Shown here: piece after piece, positions 63,220-64,000 of the stretch
Numbering within the stretch: position 1 is the stretch's first letter
Layout of the letters: every line of letters begins with the position of its first letter
Source of the DNA: Nitrosarchaeum sp.
Lineage (GTDB): Archaea > Thermoproteota > Nitrososphaeria > Nitrososphaerales > Nitrosopumilaceae
DNA: 64,000 bases
Direction of reading: 5' to 3'
Assembly (NCBI GenBank): GCA_035703205.1
Contig: DASSYQ010000057.1
Coordinates: 25,369-89,368 of the forward strand
Notes under the pieces: generated by a model
Told to the model about the DNA's origin: nothing
Seen by the model: only the letters and a program-made list of their open reading frames with translations
Database searches by the model: none
Position numbers and translations under genes: made by a program

Positions 63220-63702
63220 ATGGGATATCTTGGAAACCATTTAGCAACTGTGGTTACTGGAGTCTTTGCGGCTATACTTACAGGACTATGGCCTTATTTT
63301 GTGGATTTTGCACCCATACTAAATTTTGTATTTATTATGGCTGTACCAATAACTTGGTTCCTTACTTTTACCTGTTGGATTTCTCAAAAGAGTACTGATT
63401 ACATGCATAAATCTACAACCCATGTTAGTCACAGTGAAAAAAAAAGCTTGAGTAATTCACAAACAACCCAAATTTACACCTCAGACGGAAAACAAGTTAG
63501 CCCTACCGAAATCAAAATAGCACAAAATGAATTATCTGGAGAACTAAAAAACCTCAAAGAAACTGTAAAACTAAAGGACAGTGAAATTGAAAGATTAAAT
63601 CAAGAAATTTCAAACTTACACACTCTGGTTCAGATTGAATCATTAAAAACAGAACTTGCTAATCTTAAGATGTTGGCATCTAGAAATAAGAAAGACAAAT
63701 AG
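63220..63702 (+). CDS. Membrane protein (2-3 TM helices) with a C-terminal coiled coil
   Basis: Hydrophobic N-terminal half. The C-terminal heptad-like region is ELKNLKETVKLKDSEIERLNQEISNLHTLVQIESLKTELANLKML. Confidence 0.45.
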   Translation: MGYLGNHLATVVTGVFAAILTGLWPYFVDFAPILNFVFIMAVPITWFLTFTCWISQKSTDYMHKSTTHVSHSEKKSLSNSQTTQIYTSDGKQVSPTEIKIAQNELSGELKNLKETVKLKDSEIERLNQEISNLHTLVQIESLKTELANLKMLASRNKKDK

Positions 63703-63704
63703 GG

Positions 63705-63818
63705 CTAATCATTACAGTGACAACATACTATACCATGATTATTTTTACAACTTGGGCAGCTTACCGCACCACCATAATGACATTTACATGAACATAATTC
63801 CGTTGGATCTTTTTTCAT
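63705..63818 (-). CDS. Cys-rich micro-protein (37 aa, 9 Cys)
   Basis: Below the track cut-off. My translation is MKKDPTELCSCKCHYGGAVSCPSCKNNHGIVCCHCND. Confidence 0.4.
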   Translation of the reverse strand: MKKDPTELCSCKCHYGGAVSCPSCKNNHGIVCCHCND

Positions 63819-63917
63819 ACTAGTATAACTTCTTAGTCATGTTAATATTTGACTTTTACAGTTATAATCTACATGAATTGGAACAAATCTTTTAAACTAA
63901 ATAAGCAAATTACTATT

Positions 63918-64000
63918 ATGTCTAAAAATATTCTATTTGCAAGTATTATCGCATCAATATTATTTACTGGTGTTATATCTAACACAAATTCTTTTGCTGA
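63918..64000 (+). CDS. 5' end of a secreted protein gene (runs off the window)
   Basis: ATG at 63918. MSKNILFASIIASILFTGVISNTNSFA... is a signal-peptide-like N-terminus. Confidence 0.4.
   Translation, partial: MSKNILFASIIASILFTGVISNTNSFA

Noticed and set aside
1-64000. Looked for mobile elements, prophage or defence islands (integrase, transposase, terminal inverted repeats, cas, restriction-modification, toxin-antitoxin pairs).
   Set aside because: No recognisable integrase/transposase/Cas/REase motifs appear in any ORF. The single tRNA is not flanked by a duplicated 3' half or an att-like repeat. The only TA-like gene (AbrB type) lacks a partner toxin.

Overview
This is an AT-rich (about one-third G+C by eye), densely coding archaeal chromosome segment. 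Gene content points to an ammonia-oxidising thaumarchaeon (Nitrosopumilales-like). It encodes both PolD subunits, Orc1/Cdc6, GINS, PCNA, a thermosome, TFS, RpoL, GGGP synthase, an archaeal class-I CCA enzyme and an archaeal-type TyrRS, plus scattered cobamide-pathway methyltransferases and many secreted cupredoxin-like or anchored proteins. The clearest non-genic structure is a probable replication origin at 9616-10099, next to orc1/cdc6. It contains two perfect 23-bp ORB-like repeats, an A/T-only tract and a dense array of GTTAA(C) motifs. I found one tRNA (Pro-GGG). I saw no rRNA, CRISPR array, transposase, integrase or obvious prophage.

Most genes are housekeeping: replication, an RNA-processing block (thpR-cca-kinase, RNase Z, a THUMP methylase), central metabolism and chaperones. 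The candidates for uncharacterised biology are:
- a 3-gene minus-strand cassette at 47512-48388, a 178-aa orphan plus two tandem ~50-aa paralogues missing from the ORF track
- a J-domain protein with HSD in place of HPD, fused to a beta-helical bactofilin-like region, next to a Cache-HAMP-class III cyclase and an orphan PII-like protein
- a soluble MtrA-like (cobamide-binding type) protein whose gene overlaps a DegT aminotransferase gene
- a RecA/KaiC-fold protein without a P-loop
- a secreted cyclophilin with a CFI-box-like C-terminal anchor
- several unannotated small Cys-rich, AbrB-type and zinc-finger genes

All functional calls rest on motif recognition by eye. No searches were run.
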